Source of the DNA: Octopus bimaculoides
Lineage: Eukaryota
NCBI RefSeq assembly: GCF_001194135.2
Contig: NC_068981.1
Coordinates: 22,838,344 to 22,871,510 of the forward strand
Direction: 5' to 3'
Length of the DNA stretch: 33,167 bases
Shown here piece by piece: positions 23,332 to 33,167 of this stretch. Position 1 is the first letter of the stretch, and each line of letters begins with the position of its first letter. Made by a program: the position numbers and the translations under genes. The notes below the pieces were generated by a model, which saw only the letters and a list, made by a program, of their open reading frames with translations, was not told the origin of the DNA and made no database searches.

Positions 23332-23643
23332 CGAGATCATTGCCACTTTCAAGCGAGATCATTGCCAGTGCCCCTGGACTGGCTCTTGTGCGAGTGGCAT
23401 ATAAAATACACCATTTGAGCGTGGCCGTTGCCAGTACCGCCTGACTGGCCCTTGTGCGGGTGGCACATAAAAGCACCCACTACACTCTCGGAGTGGTTGG
23501 TGTTAGGAAGGGCATCCAGCTGTAGAAACTCTGCCAAATCAGATTGGAGCCTGGTGTAGCCATCTGGTTTCACCAGTCCTCAGTCAAATCGTCCAACCCA
23601 TGCTAGCATGGAAAGCGGATGTTAAACGATGATGATGATGATG
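23332..23643 (+). mobile_element. SINE-like element, family B
   Basis: Ends ...ccaacccatgctagcatggaaagcggatgttaaacgatgatgatgatg; the 5' end has three short cgagatc-containing units (23314-23360). Confidence 0.88.
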
Positions 23644-24496
23644 ACGATACTCATAATAAAGGGAGTAAAGATTTTATTGTTGACTGTTTGTTTTGGGGGC
23701 TTTTTAACTTCAGATCAGCTTTAATTGAATATTAAAAGCAGTTAAAAGAGCTCCAAGCATGACCTTTCCATCGTTTTGCATTTGTGGGACCATATTGTCT
23801 GTTGTGTCCTTATTTCAAGGCAGCAGGGTCTAAATGGGGAGAAGTTAGTTATTTTTGTCATGTTCAGTGACTAAGTAAAGGCTTCCTCATTGACTTTTCA
23901 GTCATAATCCCATTGAACATTACTATAAATATTGATATTTAATTCAAATAACAATATATTGATCCTTAATCTAAACATATTTGAATTTAAAGATCAATCT
24001 ATAGATATCGATTGTGAATTCAAATAACAGTATATTTTGATCCTTAAGCTGTGCAACATCCCCTAAAAAGTTATCAAATAGTATTAATTGTGGTTTATTT
24101 CAGTGATTGCAAGTTATGATAAATACGACCATCATCATTATCATCGTTTTGATGTCCACTTTTCCCTGTTTGCCTGGGTCAAGTAGAATTTGCTGAGTTC
24201 TTTGGCTGGTTGCCCTTCTTGTAATCAATCTTCACCCGTTTCCAAGCAAGTTAATAATCCTGTAGTCTATCAAACAACAAAGATCCTGGACATTGTTATG
24301 CAGTGAACTGGAAGTAAATAACACTGTTTGTTTTGGTAGTGTAACTTGTTTTCAGACACAAAATAAACATTAAGATGAGGAGAAATATGAACTCACTCAT
24401 GCAAATACAAATATGCAAACAGATGTTTGCACATATGTACACACACATACCAATGTCACCTTACTGTCACTTGTGTCAATGGTACGTGAAAAACAA

Positions 24497-24790
24497 TATT
24501 CGAGTGAAAGCGTTGCCAGTGCCGCTGGACTGGCTCCTGTGCAGGTGACATGTAAAAACACCATTTGAGCATGGCCGTTGCCAGTACCACCTGACTGGCC
24601 CTCGTGCCGGTGGCACATAAAAGCACCCACTACACTCTCAGAGTGGTTGGAGTTAGGAAGGGCATCCAGCTGTAGAAACTCTGCCAGATCAGATTGGAGC
24701 CTGGTGCAACCATCTGGTTTGCCAGTCCTCAGTCAAACTGTCCAACCCATACCAGCATGGAAAGTGGACGTTAAACGACGATGATGATGA
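24497..24790 (+). mobile_element. SINE-like element, family B
   Basis: Near-colinear with 23332-23643. Confidence 0.88.
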
Positions 24791-24901
24791 TATACAATAG
24801 GTTCCTTCAGTTTCTGTCTACCATTTTCACTTGCAAGTATTGGTCAACCTGTGAATGTACTGTAGAATGCCAGCTGACAGCATTCCTGAAATGGCACCAG
24901 A

Positions 24902-25248
24902 GTAAAGGTTAAAGATCTCCTTCGGTCATGAATGACCATGGGATTGCACCTAGAAAGTTCCCTTCCAAGACACAAGGCCGGACAAGGTTGTTTACGGAAG
25001 ACCAGCAGTTGCCCATACATACCAGCCTCACCCCTCCATACCACAGATGCTATCCAAGGAAAAGGCAAAGGCAGATACAGCTTGGCACCAGTGATGTTGC
25101 AATTCATTTCTACAGCTCAGTGGACTGGAGTAATGAGAAATAAAGTGTCTTGCTCAAGAACACAACATACTGCCTAGTCCCGGAATGAAACTAAGTACCT
25201 CACGATTGTAAGCCCCGACATTCTAACCACTGAGCCACGCACCTTCAC
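24902..25248 (-). mobile_element. tRNA-derived SINE (separate family, aaaggtaa-type tail)
   Basis: Minus-strand tRNA-like head gtgaaggtgcgtggctcagtggttagaatgtcggggc (A box tggctcagtgg), followed by a gtgttcttgagcaagacacttt block. Confidence 0.7.
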
Positions 25249-25402
25249 GTAATTGCACCAAAGCTCTAATAACATGGTTCCCAAGCAGACTTCTTAACCA
25301 CACAGCCATGCCCACATCTATATGAATCTTATATGAATATAACAAATTTGTCTTTTTATATCTAATATGTGATATTAATGGTGTCAAAATATTATTTTCC
25401 AG

Positions 25403-25565
25403 CTCTCCAGAGTGCCTTCTCCATCCAGTGCAAGAGACATGAAATTGTTCTAGAGAAAGAAGGCAATAGCTTTGGTTTCACTCTGAGAGGTGGCTTGTCT
25501 TTGGAACGAATGAAATCTCATGCTTTAACCGTTACTTCTGTTCGAGCCGGAGGTCCAGCTGATCG
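25403..25565 (+). CDS. GRIP1: GRIP-like exon C (163 nt, phase 1 to 2), PDZ2 N-terminal half
   Basis: Acceptor attttccag, donor CG/gtaagt. Translates (A)LQSAFSIQCKRHEIVLEKEGNSFGFTLRGGLSLERMKSHALTVTSVRAGGPAD(R); KEGNSFGF..RGG and GGPADR match GRIP PDZ2. Confidence 0.95.
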
Positions 25566-26226
25566 GTAAGTCTGAAGAATCTTTAATGTTGTAGGAGAGG
25601 AAAAATGTCACGAAATAGATTACGTAAGTTCTTAAATCACAAAACTAAAAAAATTACTGCTCTGGTGATTAATTTGTGGTGTAATTTCTGGGTCTGATTG
25701 GCCTCTTCTGCAACACAGTAAAATGCATGAAAGAAACAAGCTCCACTTAAAATTATCTAAAGTCCACATAGTAGTTTTAAACTGGTTATTTTGTTAGACC
25801 TACCACCCAGTGGCCTATTGATGGACAGTTATTCTCTAAAATACCAGGCTACAAAATGATATTATAACCATAAACATATATGGATACAATGCTACCTTAT
25901 ATTTTTAGTAATCAGTGTATATAAAAATGTTAAGTTGTGCAACATTGCAATATTATTTTCTTGTGATGAAAGTATGTGCACACTGGATGTATATAATAAC
26001 TATAATTATCAATTACTACATTATTTTTGGTGGCTCACAATTTGTGTGTGTATATGCATTAATTTCTTTTGGGAGTTGATGGCAAAATGTGTGTGTGAGT
26101 GCGTGCACATGTACAGAGCTTAGTGAGAACATTGAATGAATATATATAGAGATTTACATAGTAAATAAATGACACTATGATAGTATATCATTTATTCTAT
26201 TATTCTCTCTCTCTTTCTCTTAGTAC

Positions 26227-26282
<56 letters not shown>

Positions 26283-27072
26283 ATGATTGTGTATATCTAT
26301 CTATCTATCTATATTACATGCACACATACAAACATCACAAGCATTGCCATACACATAAAGATACTCAATAAACACAGTTGTGTGTAAAGAAGCATATCAT
26401 CTTAACTATACAATATTTATGATGCTAAAATTCTATGTAGCGTGTCATATTAAATGTCCATAGTGAGACATTTAATATCACACATTAATAAATGCTGATA
26501 GGATCAATATTTCTACATAATCATTTAGGCATTTGCAAACACACATACAAACATACAAACCAAACAACCAACTCACCAACCAACTAACCAACCAAGAAAT
26601 ATAGCAATTGTAAAATATTTAAACATTTCAATGAAATGGTTGACATCTCAATGTCTTTCTACAATTTTGGCTTGAAACATAATGTTTCTGCTCTGCGAAG
26701 TTTTATTGAAAATCTGCAAAAAGAAAATTGTATCGAATACTGCAGTGAAGAAAATTACATAAGCAAATCCCAAAACCCAGTTTTCATTAGTATAGTAGTA
26801 CTAATAATAAATAACGGCTTCTGAGCTAGGCATAAGGCCGATAATTTTGGGAGGAGTTAGTCAATTCCATCGACCCTATTATGCAACTGGCACTTTGTTT
26901 TTTTATTATTTTATTGACCCCAGAGTGATGAAAGGCAATACTGACCTTTGTTGCATTTGAACTTAACATTTTAGTGTATAAACTGGCAATATTCAGACCA
27001 AATATTCTAGCCATTTTATGTTCAAACTGGCCAGATCAGAAGCCATGAGAGTGCCTGGTACTGCATCAGGGC

Positions 27073-27112
<40 letters not shown>

Positions 27113-27465
27113 GAGTGAGAGGGCAGTGCATGCCATCAAATTGACACTGGGGTAAAATATACGAAGCCCAGTATACCCATCATGACTACCTGTCTGACAA
27201 GGGTACACCAGGCATATGCATCACAACATAAGTGCATGACATAGTGATCTCATATCAAGATAAACAGCGCATGACCTTGTAGGTGGAGCCCAGTTAGAAT
27301 TTTCTTCCGATCGAGTAGCCCATCCTGCTCAAAAGGTCCCTGAATAACGTTTGTTTAAGGATGTTGAGCAAAACACCCATGTTTCCAAAGGTGAATTATT
27401 CAAACCCCAAAGAATTCCTCTCAACACATGGCTATGATTCTCCCCCACTACTTCTGCTGATGATC
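27113..27465 (-). mobile_element. Interspersed repeat with (AAT)n tail (27076-27112), family unassigned
   Basis: Higher-GC block bounded by (ATT)n and (ATC)n microsatellites; resembles a recalled octopus repeat. Confidence 0.45.
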
Positions 27466-27468
27466 ATT

Positions 27469-27506
<38 letters not shown>

Positions 27507-27802
27507 GTCACCAATAACTAAGTCTTTAGATTGATTTACCTGAGTTGTATTCCTGACAGTAACCATTGTTAAGTTCCCTCAGTATACTTTTTTTTATATT
27601 TCAATGAGGCCTTGCAACATAAAGTCAAAGCCTGTTTGTCAACATGGCAGAATTTGGAGATGATAATGCAACTAATTGGTCATTCATCTCATTCCCCCCA
27701 CCACTGGAAACATTGAAACATTTTATGATATTTTTATATTGATTTATTTATTTTATTTTTTTTTTTTTTACTGTTTTAATTTACTGCTTTTTGTTTATAC
27801 AG

Positions 27803-27948
27803 GGATGGCCATTTAAAGGCAGGTGATCGAGTAATTGCAATCAATGGATTCAATGTAGCACATCTGAGTCTTTCAGAAACGATGGCCATGATGCAGAAGT
27901 GTGAATCTCGATCAGCGTTCCTTGTCGAGTATGATGTTTCAGTGATGG
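27803..27948 (+). CDS. GRIP1: GRIP-like exon D (146 nt, phase 2 to 1), PDZ2 C-terminal half
   Basis: Acceptor tttatacag, donor G/gtaagt. Translates (R)DGHLKAGDRVIAINGFNVAHLSLSETMAMMQKCESRSAFLVEYDVSVM; EYDVSVM is characteristic of GRIP. Not in the ORF track; found by reading the sequence. Confidence 0.95.
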
Positions 27949-28153
27949 GTAAGTAGGGATCACTTTCTGAATATTGGAATATATACGATAGAGTGTAAGA
28001 GGAGGAGGTGGAGAACATATTAGGGATAAGATTTCTCGTAAAGTTGAGAAAGAAAATTTATGATTACCTATTTCAAAGGATCCTTCTAATCACTGCACTT
28101 ACAGAATTCTGCCCTTTAAATTAACATCAACTACATATATACCCCTCCCCCCC

Positions 28154-28203
<50 letters not shown>

Positions 28204-28708
28204 AAAACAAAATGGCTATATTAATCAAAATGTACAGTATTATATACCGGCTACCTCTGATGAGTGCAGAGTTTCATAATTGGACTTTAACCTAAAACTC
28301 CATTGAACCCCTAGTGCAAAACTGATTGGTAAGATCAGCCATAATGGATATATAATGCTGTACGCTTCGATTAATATATATATACAAATGTTTATTTAGA
28401 GAAAGAACATAGTCATAATGTGGTACTCATTTATACCAATTGTTACATATATTTTAGTATATGGAAACACCTGACATCACACTATAGATGGAGACAGCCT
28501 GTGTGCACAAACAACAGCGGGAGTTTAATCTGAGTGGTTTAATTGTTGTTCATCAAGCATGTCCTATCATACTTACATATATATTTATATGTGTGTCTGT
28601 CTGTCTGTCTGTCTGTGTATAAAATGATTAATAAATCAGACATGCAAAAAAAAAAATAAGCAAGAGACATTTCATTTTAAATTAGTTACATATTATGCAA
28701 ATAGCATT

Positions 28709-28842
28709 TGTGGTTTGAAAGCAAACTTCCTAACCACACAGCCACATTTGCTCCTACAATCTGGCGCATGTACCATTTCCAATTTGATAGATTGTAGGAG
28801 CAAGTGTGGCTGTATGGTTAGGAAGTTTGCTTCCAAACCACA
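28709..28842. repeat. Near-perfect hairpin: 54-bp arms (51/54), 26-nt spacer, made of a SINE head plus flank
   Basis: 28709-28762 tgtggtttgaaagcaaacttcctaaccacacagccacatttgctcctacaatct pairs with 28789-28842. Confidence 0.92.
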
Positions 28843-29274
28843 TGAATTTAGGTTCAGTCCCATTACTTGTGGAATTATGACAGTAATTTACAATTACCAT
28901 GCAATGATAAGACAAGAACTCACATACACACACACCCACACACACACATAGTTTGATAGGTATATGTACACATGATGAGCTTCTATTTACTAAAAACTCT
29001 ATATGCTTTAGTCAGCCAAGAGCTATCATAGAAAGCACTTGTCCAAGGTGCCACACAGTGGGACTGAACCTAAAACCATGTAGTTGAGAAAAAAACTTCT
29101 CAACTGCATAACCATAACTTAATAGAAGTACCCCAATCTGGATATATTATTCATTGTGATTCAGTAAGTGTTCTGCTGTTTGTTAAGTTATATGTTGAGA
29201 ATGTATTACATTAAACACTCCCATTATGCATTTACAATTTGTCTATATTGTATTGAACTGTATATTGTTTATAG

Positions 29275-29422
29275 ATGCTGTCCAGAATGCCACTGGTCCA
29301 TTATTGGTTGAAATTGAGAAAGTTCCAGGTGTGTCCATTGGAATTGGGCTTAGTCATGTTACACATAATAACAAACGGTCAATTAGCATCGAAACTGTTG
29401 CACCCATGGGAATTGCAGACAG
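29275..29422 (+). CDS. GRIP1: GRIP-like exon E (148 nt, phase 1 to 2), PDZ3 N-terminal half
   Basis: Acceptor ttgtttatag, donor AG/gtaagg. Translates (D)AVQNATGPLLVEIEKVPGVSIGIGLSHVTHNNKRSISIETVAPMGIAD(R), resembling GRIP1 DSVATASGPLLVEVAKTPG...IADR. Confidence 0.93.
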
Positions 29423-29905
29423 GTAAGGATCACCTACCATAATATATAATTATGATATGCATATGTGTGGCTGTGGTGAGTGTAACAGTGTCATTGTCAT
29501 TTACTTAATGTCCTCTGTTTCATGCTTGAATGGGTCAGATGGAATTTGTTGAAGTAGATTTTCTATGGCCAGATGCTCTTCCTGTTACCAACCTTCACCT
29601 GTTTCCAAGCAAAGTAATAATATTTTCTCATGGCTAGACACAGAAGACTAGAGATGAATCAACCTTGCTTGTATAATGGTGATGCTCATTTACAACCATC
29701 ATGTGATATCTAGACAAGGGAAAACATACTCACACGCATACATATTTATATAACAGGCTTCTTTTAGTTTCTATTTACCAAATTCATTCATAAGGTTTTG
29801 GTCTTTCCAAAGTTATAAGACAAAAGAAAAAATACCTAAATACAGAATGTAGAAATTATTATCATTACTGTCACCCTTTCTATATCCACCTTACCTCTAG
29901 ATCTA

Positions 29906-30076
29906 TGTACTCTTTCACCCCAACTTTCTCTCACTCTTTCTTCCTGTTTCTTGAGTAACGCTGCGATGGACTGGTGTCCCGTCCAGCTGGTGGGGAACAC
30001 ATATGCCATAAAAACCGGGAAACTGGGCCCATGAGCCTGGCTAGGCTTGAAAAGGGCGCATAAAAATAAAAATAAT
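29906..30076 (+). mobile_element. 5'-truncated SINE with a V-domain-like block
   Basis: Shares a 45-bp CT-rich block (43/45) with the SINE at 30888, then ctgcgatggactggtgtcccgtccag (resembles the V-SINE core as recalled) and an A-rich tail. Confidence 0.55.
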
Positions 30077-30351
30077 ATGAGGAAGATAAAAATTCTACCA
30101 GAGAGAGATTGTACCATAAACAGCTGAAATAAGTATCCAGTGTGGGTCACTTCTTTTTTATAATCTTAAGTTGTAAAAAAAAAATCAATATTTATTAGTC
30201 ATTATTGTTTCTTAACTTCAGACCGTCTATGATTGATCAAACCTACAGTTAAAGGCTCTCCTGTTGTGATTGTCCTGTCATTTTTTTGGTGGGTGGGGTC
30301 AGATATAGTGTCTCTATGACTATATTCTCTAATGTGTTCTGTTATTTAGAC

Positions 30352-30645
30352 CAGGGGTTTTCAAACTTTTTGACTTGCAGACCCCTTTATATTTCAGGCT
30401 TTACCTTAGGGATCCCCTTATAAATGCTTATGAAATTTATACATAAATATTTGCTTAAAATAACATATATTTTTGCATTTATTTATTTAACAGTATTTAA
30501 CAAATAGGTTTATTGTCAATTAAAAGACTTTGATAAAAAACATATAAAATCAAATTGCCCATAAAAAGTATTTGCTGTCTAAGGACTCCCTGTTTTGTCC
30601 TTGCGGACCCCCTGTGGTCCGCGGACCACAGTTTGAAAACCCCTG
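30352..30645. mobile_element. hAT (Charlie-like) MITE, 294 bp
   Basis: Perfect 16-bp TIRs caggggttttcaaact / agtttgaaaacccctg, with a perfect 8-bp TSD ATTTAGAC at 30344-30351 and 30646-30653. Confidence 0.93.
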
Positions 30646-30887
30646 ATTTAGACAATAGAGTGTGGGTGAAAGATATGTTTGGCTGCTTTTTTTTAGTAGG
30701 CTGTCTTTTTTTGTTAATTGTTGTAATTGTTGATGGCAGTGACTGCAGTATTGCTTTTTAGCTCCAGGTCCATCATAATAAAGCAGATTTATGATAAAAA
30801 CTACTCTACATTTCACTATCGTCTCTTTTTTCAGACAATGTATCTATGGCTACATCATTTAATTAATGTGTTCTTCATTCTTTAAGG

Positions 30888-31280
30888 TGTGGAGGCGCAA
30901 TGGTCCAGTGGTTTGGGCAGCGGACTCGCGGTCATAGGATCATGGTTTCGATTCCCAGACCGGGTCTTGTGAGTGTTTATTGAGCGAAAACACCTAAAGC
31001 TCCACGAGACTCGGTCAGGGGATAGTGGCGAACCCTGCTGTACTCTTTCACCACAACTTTCTCTCACTCTTACTTCCTGTTTCTGTTGTGTCTGTAATTC
31101 AAAGGGTCAGCCTTGTCACAATGTGTCACGCTGAATATCCCCGAGAACTACGTTAAGGGTACACATGTCTGTGGAGTGCTCAGCCACTTGCACGTTAATT
31201 TCACGAGCAAGCTCTTCCATTGATTGAATCAAGTGGAACCCTCGACGTCGTAAGCGACGGAGTGCCAACAAAAACAAAAC
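30888..31280 (+). mobile_element. Full-length tRNA-derived SINE, CpG-rich and relatively young
   Basis: Head tgtggaggcgcaatggtccagtggtt...ggtttcgattccc (A and B boxes), body ending gacggagtgccaacaaaaacaaaac. Confidence 0.85.
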
Positions 31281-32150
31281 ATTCTTTAAGATATTAGGAT
31301 ATAATTTGAGGAGGACTTGGCTGCTATTTCTAAAAATTAAACAAGACCATGGAGGCTCCTTTGTTGACAAGAGTTTATTTGTTGCTGTTCAGCCCCAGGT
31401 CATGCCTGATCGAGCAGTCCGATGATTAAAAGTCTTCCAACTGCGAACATTTATCGTTGAATGTCCAGGACTATATTATCTTATTTGTCCTTCCATTTCT
31501 TCTTTTTTAAAGTTATTAGCTGCAATTTCTAGCAGGTTGAGACAATGCATAGAAACTCCTTCATTATATTCAAGTTTATATTAGTATAAAGCCAAGGCAT
31601 AAAGTGAGAGAGTGTTGAACTATGAGTAGGTAAAGTGGGAAAGACAAACTATAGAGGAATAATAAAGTGGAATTAGATTATACCAAATTTTTGTATAATG
31701 TGTATATATGAATATTTTATTGATTAATCTAGTGAATAATCCGACCATATCTTGGTTATTTACTTATTTTTAAACATCATGTAAATACATAATGTTCGGA
31801 ACAGTCAAAATAAAACAAAAATTTATATATATAAATTAAATTTTCAGCCGTTTAATCAATAAAGCATCTAAACATTAACTGGGAAGTTTATGTCCGAGTT
31901 GATGGTAGACTACAAAAACTGATGAGAGGACGGTTGTTTATAACTCATTAATCGCACTGCATTGTCTTCATGGCCAAGACGCGTGACTCTTTAGTCGTCC
32001 AGTTCATCCAACTAAAAATAGACACCACGAGATTGGGAAAACTGTATAATTATTGAACAGTCCCACTTCCATCTTTGAGTACAGACATGCATGTATGAAT
32101 GCATGTGTGTATAAATTGTGCTTTTGTGCATAGATATATGTGTGTATGTG

Positions 32151-32555
32151 TTCAGTCCCACTGCGTGGCACCTTGGGCAAGTGTCTTCTACTATAGCTTC
32201 GGGCTGACCAAAGCCTTATGAATGGATTTGGTAGGCGGAAACTGAAAGAAGCCCGTCGTATATATGTGTATATATATATATATATATNNNNNNNNNNAAT
32301 GCATGTGTGTATAAATTGTGCTTTTGTGCATAGATATATGTGTGTATATGTTTGTGTGTCTGTGTTTGTCCCCCCCAACTTCGCTTGACAACCGATGCTG
32401 GTGTGTTTATGTCCCCGTAACTTAGCAGTTCGGCAAAAAGAGGATGATAGAATAAGTACTAGGCTTACAAAGAATAAGTCCTGGGGTCGATTTGCTCGAC
32501 TAAAGGTGGTGCTCCAGCATGGCTGCAGTCAAATGACTGAAACAAGTAAAAGAGT
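32151..32555 (+). mobile_element. Family A SINE, 5'-truncated, spanning a 10-N gap (32288-32297)
   Basis: ttcagtcccactgcgtggcaccttgggcaagtg...gactgaaacaagtaaaagag. Confidence 0.88.
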
Positions 32556-32883
32556 ATATATATGTATATGTATAGATAGACATTCATGTACAGTGATGCA
32601 GATGTCGTTAACATGTTAACCACCACATGTACCACTGGTGATTCAATGTTTAACTTTGCACAACAGGCTGTCGCAGTTAACATGTTAAGGAGCTCACTTT
32701 ACAACCATATGGGTCCAAGACTGATCCTACCACACAATATATTGGTGGGTGTGCTTTTCTTGTAGCCACAGGTTGACCAATTCCTTGCAATTGGAATTTC
32801 ATAAAGGAAAACTGTACAGAAGCTATTCACAAATGTGTGCATGTGTGCTCATATATGTGTGTGTGTGTATGTAAGTATATATA

Positions 32884-32919
<36 letters not shown>

Positions 32920-32935
32920 GACGAAGACAAGTGTA

Positions 32936-33167
32936 TAAACAACAAGCACCTGTATTAGTTTAACTCTCGAGAAGGTGAGAAAATCTTTTACATTTCGAAC
33001 CTACACTCTTCAAGGAACTCGAGGAAATAAACAGAGAGAGAATAAAAAGAATTTTATTCTCTCTGTTTATTTCCTTGTATTCTATTCTGTCTAAGAGCGT
33101 AGGCTCGAAACATAAAAGATTTTCTCACCTTCCCGATCATTAAACTAATACACCTGTTTGTTGTTTA
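32936..33167. repeat. Fold-back element (75-bp outer arms, 64/75; inner ~25-bp hairpin) with a hammerhead-like motif in each arm; runs to the window end
   Basis: 32936-33010 is the reverse complement of 33093-33167; the inner aggaaataaacagagagagaataaaa pairs with ttttattctctctgtttatttcct (33022-33075). Confidence 0.88.
33087..33114 (+). ncRNA. Degenerate hammerhead-like motif
   Basis: CTGtCtA-A-GAGC-gtag-GCTC-GAAACaTA, consistent with decay of CTGACGA-A-stem II-GAAACGTA; perfect 4-bp stem II. Confidence 0.45.

Noticed and set aside
25403-25410. Alternative acceptor ctctccag at 25410 for exon C
   Set aside because: It would shift the frame relative to exon B; 25403 keeps the PDZ2 reading frame.
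28258-28276. ctgatgagtgcagagtttc as a hammerhead
   Set aside because: The GAAAC half is on the opposite strand, so the core cannot form. Similar partial hits at ~1688, ~22729 and ~31919 also lack stem II or GAAA.
32098-32347. 50-bp exact duplication (32098-32147 and 32298-32347) around a 10-N gap
   Set aside because: One copy abuts a scaffolding gap, so a contig-join artefact is the simplest explanation.

Overview
AT-rich, microsatellite- and SINE-dense animal genomic DNA with four assembly gaps. The repeat families look like those of octopus/coleoid cephalopods; this is recalled, not verified by search. Five + strand coding exons (14229-14292, 18393-18538, 25403-25565, 27803-27948, 29275-29422) have canonical AG/GT ends and compatible phases. 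They splice into 667 nt encoding most of PDZ1, all of PDZ2 and the first half of PDZ3 of a GRIP (glutamate receptor-interacting protein) orthologue. The remaining sequence is presumably intron: tRNA-derived SINEs, RTE-type LINE debris, and mariner-, hAT- and piggyBac-like MITEs. The most unusual signal is four mutually unrelated fold-back/hairpin elements (693-1034, 7012-7237, 10829-11369, 32936-33167), each carrying a minimal type I hammerhead-ribozyme-like motif of the kind known from Penelope-like elements, either in the loop or in both arms. One of them is a palindrome of two head-to-head tRNA-like Pol III heads, each followed by (AAT)n and a hammerhead. All alignments and identities were done by eye.
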